From: Squalus acanthias
Lineage: Eukaryota
Assembly: GCA_030390025.1 (NCBI GenBank)
Contig: CM059432.1
Coordinates: forward strand, 128,714,001-128,778,000
Direction of reading: 5' to 3'
DNA: 64,000 bases
Each line of letters begins with the position of its first letter. The first letter of the stretch is position 1. Below the pieces are notes generated by a model. It did not search any database, was not told where the DNA came from, and saw only the letters and a list, made by a program, of their open reading frames with translations. Below are positions 24,307 through 35,911 of this stretch, one piece after another. Made by a program: the position numbers and the translations under genes.

Positions 24307-24700
24307 TCAAGGTAAGAGTAGTCAGTATTCCCCTGCTCCAAGTAGATGAGCATACTGCAGAGTTTCCACTCGAGCTGTTAGACCATGACGAACCCATGCT
24401 GAGCCTTCAGAAAACAGCTCTTTCCATGCTTCACGGGTACACCTGTGCTGCAGCAGGGCACACTTTATTACTGTCCCTTAAAACTGGAACTGTTGTCATA
24501 TTATCATCTGTAAGGATGATTACCACACATCTACTATGCATGGTGCATGTGTGTTTACTTACACACAAGCTGGGATGCAGGGTAGACACTTGGGTGTCAC
24601 TTTATGTACTATTCTGGCCAAATAAGGTGCTGCAAAGTAGGAAGCACCCAATCTGGAGGTAAGGGGGCCTCTATCATTTTCGATCACTGAATCAATTTGA

Positions 24701-24775
24701 ACAACAACAACAACAACTACTTGTATTTATATAGCGCCTTTAACGTAGTAAAATGTCCCAAGGCCCTTCACAGGA
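24701..24775 (-). mobile_element. L2 extreme 3' end
   Basis: (ACA)n CTTGTATTTATATAGCGCCTTTAACGTAGTAAAATGTCCCAAGG. Confidence 0.8.
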
Positions 24776-26184
24776 CAGGTCGTAATCAACATAAACCAGG
24801 CTAGCTAGGTATCCTTGGTCTCCATAAAATAGCTCAGATACAGAGGATTGTCTTCTAATGAAGTATTCATGGCCACTGCCTCGGAAGTGGGCGTACACCT
24901 GCATTCATTCTGTGTTGCTGGTCACCGCTGATCTGCACAGTGATGGATTGGATTCCCGTGCAGTTGAAGAACATGTCTCTGTGTGCAGGGGCCCAGTTGG
25001 CAACCTGGGTGCCACCAATAATACCCTAGATTTACGAGGATCTGACAATGCAAAAGAAAAAAATTACAGGAATCTCTCGTTCAGCCTGATTCCAATCTAC
25101 CACACACCTTCCCTTCATATCCTTCAAACCTTTCACTCTCCAGAAAGATATCTAATTTATTTCTTCAACCCATTTAAACTAATCTCTGCAATAGCTGACC
25201 CTGGTAACCTATTTTACAAGTTGATTATCCTTTGTGTGTAAGCACAAAGGGACTTTTATAAACAGGAACAGGCAATCAGAACAATGCCGTGAGTGCATAT
25301 TTTCCAATGGGTAGAGAGCTTCCCGAAAGCTGCATGTTATTGAAACTGAAATCAGGGTAGTGCTTTTCTGCACCCCTTAAGTTTGTTTAACCAGGCCAAG
25401 TATTAATGGCCAGAGGAAGTAACCAAATTAGTAAGAGGCCATTCTTCATATTTTATATTCTTCCAAACAGCAATTTTACCCAGAGGTTATTGGGTTCAGA
25501 CATGTGGTAAAATTTAGTGCCAAGCAACCTCCCACTCCACTAAGCAAGACCATAACCAAAGTAGTTCAGCATTTAATGATACACACACACACCTGTTTAC
25601 ACACACTGATACAATCTATGTATATGTGAATATCTACATACAGCAATAATCAAATCACACTTTCATATCATTGATTTCACCCCCTACTAAGGATATAGAA
25701 AGCTCCTCTAAATCCTCTGCACGAAGCTATGATCCATATCCTGTGCCAGTTCTACTGGTGCAACGAAGGAGGACTCAGCCCTTCCCAGTCCTCTCACTCT
25801 CTAAAAGGAGGAAGCATTGCTGCTTCTAGGAAGGGAGGTTGTAGGTGGAATCAGAGAGGGGGGATTTAGAAGACAAGGCCCGTTGCAGGTTCATGATAAC
25901 ATTCTGCATCTCTTCCTTCTCATTCTATGCACCCCATGATAACTGTCAGAAAACTAGATCATGAACTTAAATGCCAAGCAACAAAATGTGGAAAAGCTAA
26001 CAGCTTCTGAAAAGCTGGCACAGCCTCCAAAAGATCAACAACTCAACAACAACAAGAAACCCTGAATAAAGGCTGGTTTCAAGGTGAATGAATCAGTTAA
26101 ACCTCTTTTTTATTGCATTAGCTTTCAGGATTTTTATTAGTGCTTTTGAGATCACACTCCACAATCAGGTTGTATTTTTTTAAA

Positions 26185-26626
26185 ATTTACATTTATACAA
26201 CGCCTTTCACAACCTCAGGACGTCCCAAAGCGCTTTACAGCCAATGAAGTACTTTTGAAGTGTAGTCACTGTTGTAATATAGGAAACGCAGCAAGCTCCC
26301 ACAAACCGCAATGTGTTAATGACCAGATAATCTGTTTTTAGTGATGTTGACTGAGTGATAAATATTGGCCAGGGCCAATGGGGATAGGTCCACTGCTCTT
26401 CTTCGAAATAGTGCCTTGGGATCATTTACATCCACCTAGGAGGACAGACAAAGCCTTGGTTTTACGTCCCATCTGAAAGACGGCACCTCTGATAGTGTAG
26501 CACTCTCTCAGTAATGCACAGGAGTGTCAGCCTAGACTTTTATACTCAACTCTCTGGAGTGGGACTTGAACCCACAAATTTCTGACTCAGAGGTGAATGT
26601 GCTACCAACTGAGCCACAGCTGACAC
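26185..26626 (-). mobile_element. Full-length tRNA-headed SINE with L2-like tail (SacSINE1/DeuSINE-like)
   Basis: Minus strand: TGTCAGCTGTGGCTCAGTTGG (A box) ... GGGTTCAAGTCCC (B box); central domain shared with 45509 and 47138; tail GGGACGTCCTGAGGTTGTGAAAGGCG. Confidence 0.85.
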
Positions 26627-26899
26627 AGTGAAAAGTGAAACCCAAAGGTCTCATCTGAAAAGCAATCGTTGCAATGGTAGAGCAGTGTGATATGAACTTA
26701 TCAGGGACAATTTTAAACATACGTCCAGAATGGGTATGAAGTCGGCAGAGCCTTCGCGATGCTGTCCAATGCCAAGATCGGGAGTCCTGAGCCGTTTTCA
26801 GGTTCAGACTTCATGTGAGTGCATCCGGAAAGTACAGAGCTGGGACGCAGTATTTTAGGGGAGCCAGGAGACGCGCTCCTGTGCCTCCCAGCCCCACAA

Positions 26900-27617
26900 G
26901 AGGGGAAAAATTGGGTTGCTTTGCGCCTCCCGTTAGCGCTCCGAGGGCGTTAGCACCCCAAGGGCGCAAAGCACCTAGCGCCCGGGCGCAGCGCCGCTAA
27001 CGCCTCCCGTGAAATTCAGCGGGAGGTTAGCGGCAGTGGTAGCCGGTAGCGCCCTGCGGTGCTGCGCCTCTGGCGATGACGTCATCGCCATGCGCAGCGC
27101 CCTGCTCACGCCCCGGCCACAAACTTCGCTCGCGCCCCCTGACCTATCGCCGGACGCTACGTCCGACAGGGTCAGGGTGCCGAGTCTGCGGCCGCGGTGG
27201 CGTAAATTAAAGGGCAGGTGCCGGGCGGCCATTTTTTGGGGGGCCTGCCTGCCAGCACCTGCCCCCTTTCGCCTCCTCCTCTTGAGTGCTGGGCTCTTTT
27301 GCTAGCACCCTGCTCACCGATGGTCCAGCAGGGCCTCAGTGCACGCTGTGCTAGGCCCCTCCCCTTTAATCAGGGGAGGGAGGCCTGTAGTACCGCGGTT
27401 CTACGTGCTGACGTGCGTGGCGCTGTTGCACGTAGCGCCGCGACATTGAATGGTAGCGCCCCAAGAGGGAGGGGGAGCGCTTCCAGTAGCACCCTGCCTC
27501 CTGCTTGGGGCACTACCATTCAATTTCTGGAGCGGGGGTGCTAACTTTTTCGGGGCGCTAAAAGTAGCACCCCGGTGAAGTTGGCGCCCCAAAGGCGGCA
27601 CGACCGAATTTTCCCCC
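26900..27617 (-). mobile_element. Harbinger-type MITE related to the 28797/58966 copies, nested in an older GC-rich element (~26720-27910)
   Basis: Ends GAGGGGAAAAATT / GAATTTTCCCCC; CAA on both sides; the left subterminal TTGCTTTGCGCCTCCCGTTAGCGC is the reverse complement of the right end of the 58966 copy. Confidence 0.75.
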
Positions 27618-28796
27618 CAAAAAGGTTTGGTGCTATTTTGGCACTGGCCATTCAGAACCAGTGCCTATGACGGAGGTAGGCCACTCACTGCCTGGTACAA
27701 ATGGGCGGAGTATGGGTGGCGCACCCTCCTACAATGGCGTAGGATCCTGATATGCAAAATTAATCAGCCTCCCGCCTGAAACAGGCGGAAGTGCTGTACG
27801 CCCATTTCCAGGCTCATCTGAAAATTGCGTCAGGCGGGCCTTGGGCATCCAAGGGTCAGACAAGATTCCCACCTCCGCCCCCCCCCCCCCCCCCCCCGCC
27901 CGCCAATATTCCTCTGCTGGACATGTGTTTTTTCAGGCATAAAACAGATTCCTGCATTTTGATGGATCAGAAGCATGGATAGTGCAAGCAGGGGCCTAAA
28001 TGTTGATCATCCACGTAAAAAGCAGACAGTTAGAAACTATTTCAAACATAGTTTCATCTTCAGGAAATCTTTAAAACCTTGGGCGATATATTTGTCCTCT
28101 TCCCAATTGTGCACAACTGTGAGCTCTCAGAGATAGACAATTCACCTTGAGGGGAACTTTACTGAGATAGGACAGCTATTCCACAAAGGTAAGACTTTTG
28201 GCAAATGGTGAACACATTCCGTGTCACACACCAGGCTTATATTTCTCCTTTCATATTTGCCACTAACCCCAGAGCCCACCTATACTTACATTGCAAAAGA
28301 AGCCAATCATTATGGAATATTTCCTCCACATTCTGTAAACACATCTCAGATCAACAGAGAGCATAGAAAACCTGAAAGTGTCCAGTGAAGAAGATCTGAG
28401 CTACTGACGGCAGAGAAAGCAAGCATTTTACAATGTTTCAACCTAATGATCCATTCCAGAACTCTGCTACCTCCCGAGATGCAGGCTGTGCTCTAACTTT
28501 CTCATCAGTTACTAATTTGGGAGGAACCAGGTGGAGGGGAGGGGGGGTGGTCGGTGGCGGGGGGACGGGGGGGGGGCGCGGCGGGGGGGTGGTGGGGTGG
28601 AAGAGTTTATGCTGTTTGCTTATTTCAGGCAACAAGCGAAACAAACACTGTATGTTTGCATAAAAAGCAGAAAGTTGGCAGTTATGCATTAAACCCTCAA
28701 TTCACGCTTTTTCCTAAAAGTGACATGTAAACTCAGTGCCTCAGCAACTCACTCGATTCATCTGTTCCTTCTCTAGATGTGTCTGTGGAAGAACAA

Positions 28797-29690
28797 GGGG
28801 GGAAAATTCAGTATCGCCCCGTTTGGGGCGCAATTATCGGCCGGGCGCAAAGATTAGCGCCTGGCGCTAATTATCGCCTCCGACTGCAAACTTGACTTTT
28901 ATCGCCCCTGGAGGTGATTGGAGCGCTAAATCAGGCGCTACACATCTGTCTTAAGGCGCAAAGGCCGAGGAGCGAGGTGCTAACTCAGAGCACTGGCGAA
29001 GCTCATATGATGTCAGTCAGCAATGGAACACAGACACAATGGCCCCGGCCAATTCTTAAAGGGGAGGGTTGATCTTGCTTTCCATCCACATCCTGCTCAT
29101 TGCAGCCTTGAATCTCGGCCTGGAGAGACCTGTACATCAAATCTGCTGGAAAGAACAATGGAGAGGCCCAGGGAAAGAGCTCAGAGTGCAGCCCCCACAG
29201 TCTCTTCTAAATCGATACAAGGAAGGGCAAATTGAAATGAACCTACAAAGTGCTGCTCAGTACACAAAACTCCTTCACACAGCGTTGAATCTCTCCAGAA
29301 GTCTCTCTCTCTCTCTCTCTCAGAATGCGTGGTTCAAAAATGTCACCAACAAAAAAAGGCAGGAGGCGGTCGCCTTTAAATAGCGCTCCCCCAGTCCCTT
29401 CCTGACTGCAAAACGCTCCCCTTAACCTGTCATTGCTAGCGGCAGGCGGTAAGGCAGGGGGCGCCACTTAATATCCGCTCCGGGGTGCTACCGGGGCGTT
29501 GCGCACTCGACTGACGTCACGATCTGCCGGCGCAGGAGATCGTGGCGGTACTGTTTAGCGCCGCCACAAAATGTCTAGTTAATTTCGCGAGCGGCGCAAA
29601 CATCGCCGCCCCGGGCACTAGTTGCTTTGTGCCCCATTAGCGCCCTCTTAAGGCGCTAACGGGAGGCGCAACAAACTGAATTTTTCCCCC
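28797..29690 (+). mobile_element. Non-autonomous Harbinger element (MITE), 894 bp
   Basis: 16-bp TIR GGGGGGAAAATTCAGT / ACTGAATTTTTCCCCC (1 mismatch); 3-bp TSD CAA; second copy at 58966-59807. Confidence 0.88.
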
Positions 29691-30229
29691 CAAGAACCAG
29701 AACTCGCTGCCAGCATATCAAACTCATGTGCCGTCAATTACTATTTTGCCTCCCGTGCACCAGCCCAGAGACATCCACTGAGGGCGCATTCGAGAATGAG
29801 CCAGAGGAGACTGCATAGGCACAGAGCACTACTGGGAGGAGGAGGTGGGGGGTGGAAGATGGTTCAGGAAACATCGGCCCTTGGCCCAAGAGCCTGGGGA
29901 CCGAGATTTCATGGGTCCAGCCTTTAACAGAGGAATGCTTAGAGTATTGAGCATATGTGGAAGTACTGGGGATAGTGCCTGACACTATGGATCAAATGCA
30001 TTTATCCTGATGGATAGTTTTGCAGCACTGTAGCTCCACAAGGAGCCTGTGGCAGCTTCAGGCACATCTGCAAGGGAAGCCCTATAAGAAAAACTCAAAG
30101 GGCAGTCTGTGCTTCTGCCATGAATACTCAGACTGCCCTCATAGAAGCCTGTGCTGCCCCTCTTGCTTTCAAGCAACTGGTACTGGGATACAGAAAATTA
30201 GGTCTGTTTTCTCACCAATTAGTGGCCAT

Positions 30230-30450
30230 ACAGAAGAAATGCTTTTGGTACAGGGAGGCTGTAGTTTCGGTTGTAGTGTGTGGCATAGCTCACTGTGAGT
30301 CTCCAATAGCACTGCCCCTGATATAACTGGAGCACCTTGGTTTGTATGGGGTACTGGTGGGTGGTTGCCATTGCCTCCAATGCTGCCTGATCCTTTTGTT
30401 GCTCCTCTTCTTCTTTCTCCAAAAAACAATGACACAGGGAAATTCCCAAT
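30230..30450 (-). pseudogene. Highly decayed Harbinger transposase 5' remnant
   Basis: EEEEQQK...YP...QGQCYWRL and ELCHTLQPKLQP in adjacent frames resemble EQQCQRRL...[12 protein letters not shown] of the 62811 ORF. Confidence 0.45.
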
Positions 30451-30714
30451 GGGAAACTCATTTAAAATTGGGCAAAAAAGGAGCTGGACTGGGAGTCCCG
30501 CAGCAAAAGGCACAAATATAGGTGGTTAAGCAAAATAAAGCACATACAAAACAAAATGACCTTCTGTGAATCTTTTGCAAGAAACTGCCAGGGCTTCTAA
30601 ACACGCTGCCTACCACCTTTTCTGTAGGGCCTAGCTTTGCTGGATGCCTATTTTATATGGGCATGATTGCTGCTGAGCCCTATTGAGGCAGAAATGGTAT
30701 AAAATTGGACATAT

Positions 30715-30906
30715 GGAGGTAAATCTCTGTCTTCACCGCCTGCGTGGTAATCTGGCAGAGTAGATCGCCTACCCGCTGAAGATCCCTCCTCATTTTTAAT
30801 CCATTCATTTCATTGGAATGAAAATCAGGTGGGTTCGATAACCCAGGCGGTCGATCTGCTTTGCTGCAATACTGCCCAAGTGGTGAAGATGAAAATATCC
30901 CCCCAT
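30715..30906. mobile_element. Hairpin-type MITE (~190 bp imperfect palindrome)
   Basis: TCTTCACC/GGTGAAGA and AGATCG/CGATCT pair symmetrically around a central TTCATTGGAATG. Confidence 0.6.
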
Positions 30907-30931
30907 GACTTCACTACGTCATTATAAACAA

Positions 30932-32398
30932 ATAGATTCTAGAACGGTCCCAATAGATTGGAAGGTAGCAAATGTAACCCCGCTATTCAAGAAAGGAGAG
31001 AGAGAGAAAATAGGGAAATACAGATCAGTTAGTCTGACATCAGTTGTTGGGAAAATGCTGGAAGTGGTAACAGAGCATTTAGAAAATCATAATATGATTA
31101 GACAGAGTCAACATGGTTTTATGAAAGGGAAATCGTGTTTAACAAATTTATTAGAGTTTTTTGAGGATGTAACTAGCAGGGTAGATAAAGAGGAACCAGT
31201 GGATGTAATATATTTGGATTTCCAAAAGGCATTTGATAAGGTGCCACATAAAAGGTTGTTATGCAAGATAAGGGCTCATGGGGTTGGGAGTAATATATTA
31301 GCACAGATAGAGAATTGGTTAACGGACAGAAAACAGAGAGTAGGGATAAACGGGTCATTTTCAGGTTGGCAGGCTGTAACTAGTGGGGAGCCTTAAAGAT
31401 CAGTGCTTGGGCCTCAGCTATTAATGACTTAGATGAAGGGACTGAGTGTAATGTATGCAAGTTTGCTAATGATACAAAGCTAGGTGGGAAAGTAAGCTGT
31501 GAGGAGGACACAACGAGCCTGCAAAGGGATATAGACGGGTTAAGTGAGTGGGCAATAAGGTGGCAGATGGACTATAATGTGGGGAAATGTGAGGTTATTC
31601 ACTTTGGTAGGAAGAATAGAAAAACAGAATATTTTTTAAATGGTGAGAAACTATTAAATGTTGATGTTCAGAGAGATTTAGGTGTCCTCGTACATGAAAC
31701 ACAGAGAGTTATTTGCAGGTACAGCAAGCAATTAGGAAGGCAAATGGCAAGTTGGTCTTTATTGCAAGGGCGTTGGATTACAAAAGTAAGGAAGTCTTGC
31801 TACAATTGTATAGGGCTTTGGTGAGACCACACCTGGAGGACTGTGCACAGTTTTGGTCTCCTTATCTGAGGAAGGATATACTTGCCTTAGAGGTGGGGCA
31901 ACAAAGGTTCACTAGATTGATTCCTGGGATGAGAGAATTGTCCTATGAGGAGAGATTGTGTAGAATGGGCCTGTACTCTCTGGAGTTTAGAAGAATGAGA
32001 GGTGATCTCATTGAAACATATAAGATTCTGAGAGGGCTTGACAGGGTAGATGCTGAGAGGTTGTTTTCCCTGGCTGAAGAGTCTAGAACTAGGGGACATA
32101 GTCTCAGGATAAGGGGTTGGCCATTTTGGACTGAGATGAGGAGGAATTTATTCACTCAGAGGGTTGTGAATCTTTGGAATTCTCTACCCCAAAGGGCTGT
32201 GGATGCTGAGTCATTGAGTATATTCAAGACTGAGATAGATAGATTTTTGGACACGAGGGGAATCCAGGTATATAGAGATCAGGAGGGAAAGTGGAGTTGA
32301 GGTCGAAGATCAGCCATGATCTTATTGAATGGCGGAGCAGGCTCGAGGGGCTGTATGGCTTACTTCTGCTCCTAATTCTTATGTTCTTACGTTCTTAT
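30932..32398 (+). mobile_element. 5'-truncated CR1 LINE (RT domain, frameshifted)
   Basis: VPIDWKVANVTPLFKKG...QHGFMKGKSCLTNLLEFF...YLDFQKAFDKV...; C-terminal FTQRVVNLWNSLP; (TTCTTATG)n tail. Confidence 0.95.
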
Positions 32399-33074
32399 AT
32401 TCCTGACGTTAGATGTGATGGAAAATGCTAAAGATAGTATCGGCTGGCGGGGGCTCCTGACCCAATCAGGTAAATCTACCTGTAATGTTCTTGAAGCAAT
32501 TAACTCTTCTAATCAGGACGTCCTGACTACACGACTGATAAATACACTTGCTTCATATTTCAACAAAATCACAGTTTAATGTTGCTGAAAACCTGATGAG
32601 ATCACAGTCATTTTTAACACAACGTTTAAAGAGTCACATTTTCACCCAGCCCAGCCTAAGGCAATAAGAGGCCCAAGCTGATAAGATCCCACATTGAGTT
32701 AGGTTACGATTTCCTCCTGTTCCAACAATGCAATCAATGAAGTGATCTCATCTGGGCTTTGCTATATTTTATTTTCCAGAGGCATTTCTTTTCCAATGTG
32801 CTGAGTTAGAAATAGTTACAAATGGATTTGAGTTCGAATCCGTTTCCAACGGAAAAAAGTTTCATCAGCATTATTATATAAAAATAACACAAAAGATGAA
32901 AAGCACTTTCACGGAGTCAAGTCAGGGTGTACACAGGGTGTGTTAAACATACCAAATGTACAGAAGTGGCAAAGGTTACCCAAACTAGTTTTCATCAGTT
33001 TGTTAAAAATCCCAGCAGTGTGTACATTCTCTTATTGAGGGAAACTCGACCCATTCATTTCAGTTGGTTGAACA

Positions 33075-33373
33075 GAATGGGTCGGGAAACGGAGGACACA
33101 GATTTAAGGTAATTGGCCAAAGAACCAGAGGTGAGAGGAGGAGAATTTATTTTACCCATCGAGTTGTTGTGATCGGGAATGCACTGCCTGAAAGGGCAGT
33201 GGAAGCAGATTCAATAGTAACTTTCAAAGGGGAATTGGATAAATACTTGAAGGGGAGAAGATTGCAGGGCTATGAGGAAAGAGCAAGGGAGCAGGACTAA
33301 TTGGATAGCTCTTTCAAAGAGTCGGCAAAGATATGATGGGCTGAGTGGCCTCCTTCTGTGCTGTAAGATTCTA
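33075..33373 (+). mobile_element. CR1 3' fragment (second subfamily)
   Basis: GHRFKVIGQRTRGE...YFTHRVVVIGNALPE...LQGY; tail interrupted by a MITE. Confidence 0.85.
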
Positions 33374-34167
33374 GCGCCGGAATTTAAATTTAGAGGCGGA
33401 TAGGGAGCTGGGGGTGGGGGGGAGAGGCGGTGGGGGGTGCTGGAAAGCGGGCGGGAAACCCGGGAAAGCAGGTTTCCCGCAGGCCCTGCCGAATTTAATG
33501 GTTGGGCCTGATTAGCATTTAGAATCACTGTTTCCCGCCCGCAGCCAGCCAGATGGAGAGGCTGGCTGGCTGTCAGGCAGGTAGGCCTGCAGCACCAGGC
33601 CACAGAGAGGAGGGAGGGAGGGATTGGGGGATGGGGAATCGGAGGCTGGAGGGGATCTGAGGCCAGAGGGGGGAGGTTGGAAGGGCTATCAGAGGCTTGG
33701 GGCCGAGGATCGAAGGCCGGCGGGGGGATTGGAGATCGGAAGTCTTGTGGCGGGGGTGGGGGTCAGAGGCCTCAGGAGGGGAGGTCTGGGGGAGATCAGA
33801 AGGGTCGGGGGGTGTCCGATCACGGGGGTTTGGCGAGGCAGGAATGCTGGATCCAGCAGGTAAGTTTACCTCCTGGATCCAGAAGTCCTCACCTCCCTTT
33901 AGATGGCAGGTTTCCCGAGGCCTGGGAAACCCAGCCAGCCAGAGTTAAATTTAAAATGGAGATTAAAAATGAGGCACACAGCCTCATTATAATATTTTAA
34001 GTGCCAACCCGCCTCCTGTGAGTGGGTTGGCTGCCCATCCCCTGTCCCCGCCCCACCCTCCGTTAAAACTGGAGGTGGGGGGTTTGGAAGCGGGTTGGGG
34101 TTGGGATTCAGATTTTTAACTCTTTAACCTCCCACCTGACCCCAATTTTTGGGGTTAAAATTCCACC
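33374..34167. mobile_element. Harbinger-type MITE inserted in the CR1 tail
   Basis: Ends GCGCCGGAATTT / AAAATTCCACC; CTA duplicated (33371-33373, 34168-34170); homologous to 60466-61353. Confidence 0.75.
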
Positions 34168-35286
34168 CTATGATTCCACGAACAGATTATCGCGGGGCTT
34201 TTCAGCTGCTCACTATATCGGCCATGCCTGCTGTTCAGTCCCACAAAATAAGCGCTCAATTTATTTATAGTCAGAGGCAAACATAATTACTTGAAACAAA
34301 TAGGAGGTTGCCGAAACACTTGACTGGGAATCGGTTAAGTAATCCTTGGCTGTACTGAATTTTTCAATCACTATTTGTGTCGCAGTCATTCGAATATCTG
34401 CTTTAAATTCAAAACCAGATACTTTGTAGAATTCTGAAGAAAAATGTAGGCAGGATGTCATGCAACAGTATTCAATACTCAAGGTTACCGTCTTATACTG
34501 CTGTTTGAAAGTGAGTTTCAGGAATGAAGTAAAATAACGCATGTTCATAATCTGCACCTCACAACCCAAACTGCTTGGCAATGAGGAACTTTAAAAAAAA
34601 ATAACTCCATTATATGGTTGAAATGGTCTTAGTTTAATTGTTTTTAAGCGTGGCCTTTTTTTCTGTTATGCGAGCGAGCTGCTGACAATGATTTCTCGCA
34701 TTGAACACAAAAGAAGTGTGAGAGGGCAACAGACACAATGAGCACTGTGGAGATACGCAGCCTCCTGCATTCCTCTGTTGTTTTAAATAGGGCAACCTCA
34801 ATGGATGTGATTAGAGTTGTCATCTTTTGACATGTCCAAAACTGGACAAGGGTCAGAAAAAGGGCAGGATATGAGGGGGAGCGAGAAGGGATGAATCAGA
34901 GTTTAATTTCTATGTTCATGATGGGTCATTAAAAATCACGGTTATGATCATTAATATCTCCACATTGTTACTCACAAATATTAAATAATTGGACTTCCAT
35001 TTTAAAAATAAGACTTTTGAGTACTGAGACCACACCTGGAGTACTGTGCATTGGTCTCCTTACCTAAGGAAGGATATACTTGCCACAGAGGGAGTGCAAC
35101 GAAGGTTCACCAGACAGATTCCTGGGATGGGGGGGATTGTCCTATGAGGAGAGATTGAGTAGACTAGGCCTATATTCTCTGGAGTTTAGAAGAATGAGAG
35201 GTGATCTCATTGAAACATACAAAATTCTTACAGGGCTTGACAGGGTAGATGCAGGGAGGATGTTTCCCCTGGCTGGGGAGTCTAGA

Positions 35287-35410
35287 TGCGGAGATGCCGG
35301 TGTTGGACTGGGGTGGACAAAATTGAGAGGTCGCACAACACCAGGTTATAGTCCAACAGTTTTATTTGAAATCACAAGCTTTCGGAACTATCGCTCCTTC
35401 CTCAGGTGAA
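35287..35410 (-). mobile_element. Penelope-like single arm plus tail, 6-bp TSD
   Basis: Close reverse-complement match to the right arm and tail of the 6710 copy; TCTAGA at 35281-35286 and 35411-35416. Confidence 0.82.
35372..35409 (-). ncRNA. Minimal type I hammerhead ribozyme motif
   Basis: ucac-CUGAGGA-a-ggagc(gaua)guucc-GAAA-gc-UU-guga. Confidence 0.72.
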
Positions 35411-35817
35411 TCTAGAACCAGGGGTCACAGTCTCAGAAAAAGGGGTCGGCCATTTAGGACTGAGATGAGGAGAAATTTCTTCACTCTCAACCCCAGAGGG
35501 CTGTGGACGTTCAGTCGTTGATTATATTGAAGATTTTTGGACTCTAAGGGAATCAAGGGATATGGGGATAGTGCGGGAAGGTGGAGTTGAGGTTGACGAA
35601 CAGCCATGATCTTATTGAATGGCGGAGCAGGCTCGAGGGGCTGAATGGCCTAGTTCTTATGTTCTTTAAGAAGAAACAGGAGCAATTGATAAAAAGCATC
35701 CAATTTCTCAAGTTGCCCCGTTAAACAGAAATCCATCGGAATTGATTTAAAATATATTGGTAAAGGAGTGGTTCCTGAGAAAATATTCTTATAAAGGAAT
35801 TACCTTATCAGAAATAA

Positions 35818-35911
35818 CAACAGAAAACGCTGGAAAAACTCAGCAGGCCAGACAACATCCGTGGAGAGAGAAAGAGAGTTAACGTTTCAGGTCGAAACCC
35901 TTCGTCGGAAC
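35818..35911 (-). mobile_element. Second Penelope-like family arm
   Basis: ACAGAAAACGCTGGAAAAACTCAGCAGG...GGAGAGAGAAAGAGAGTTAACGTTTCAGG; related remnant at 39576-39710. Confidence 0.6.
35878..35911 (-). ncRNA. Variant minimal hammerhead motif (U4C core)
   Basis: guu-CCGACGA-a-gggu(uucg)accu-GAAA-cg-UU-aac; palindromic AACGUU stem III. Confidence 0.55.

Larger units (their letters stand above)
35024..35665 (+). mobile_element. CR1 3' fragment containing a nested PLE remnant
   Basis: YEERLSRLGLYSLEFRRMRGDLIETYKILTGLDRVDAGRMFPLAGESR resumes as TRGHSL after the insert. Confidence 0.9.

Noticed and set aside
28530..28600. G-run cluster (potential G-quadruplex)
   Set aside because: Similar poly-G/C runs occur throughout the window (17155, 27875, 44560); no evidence of function.
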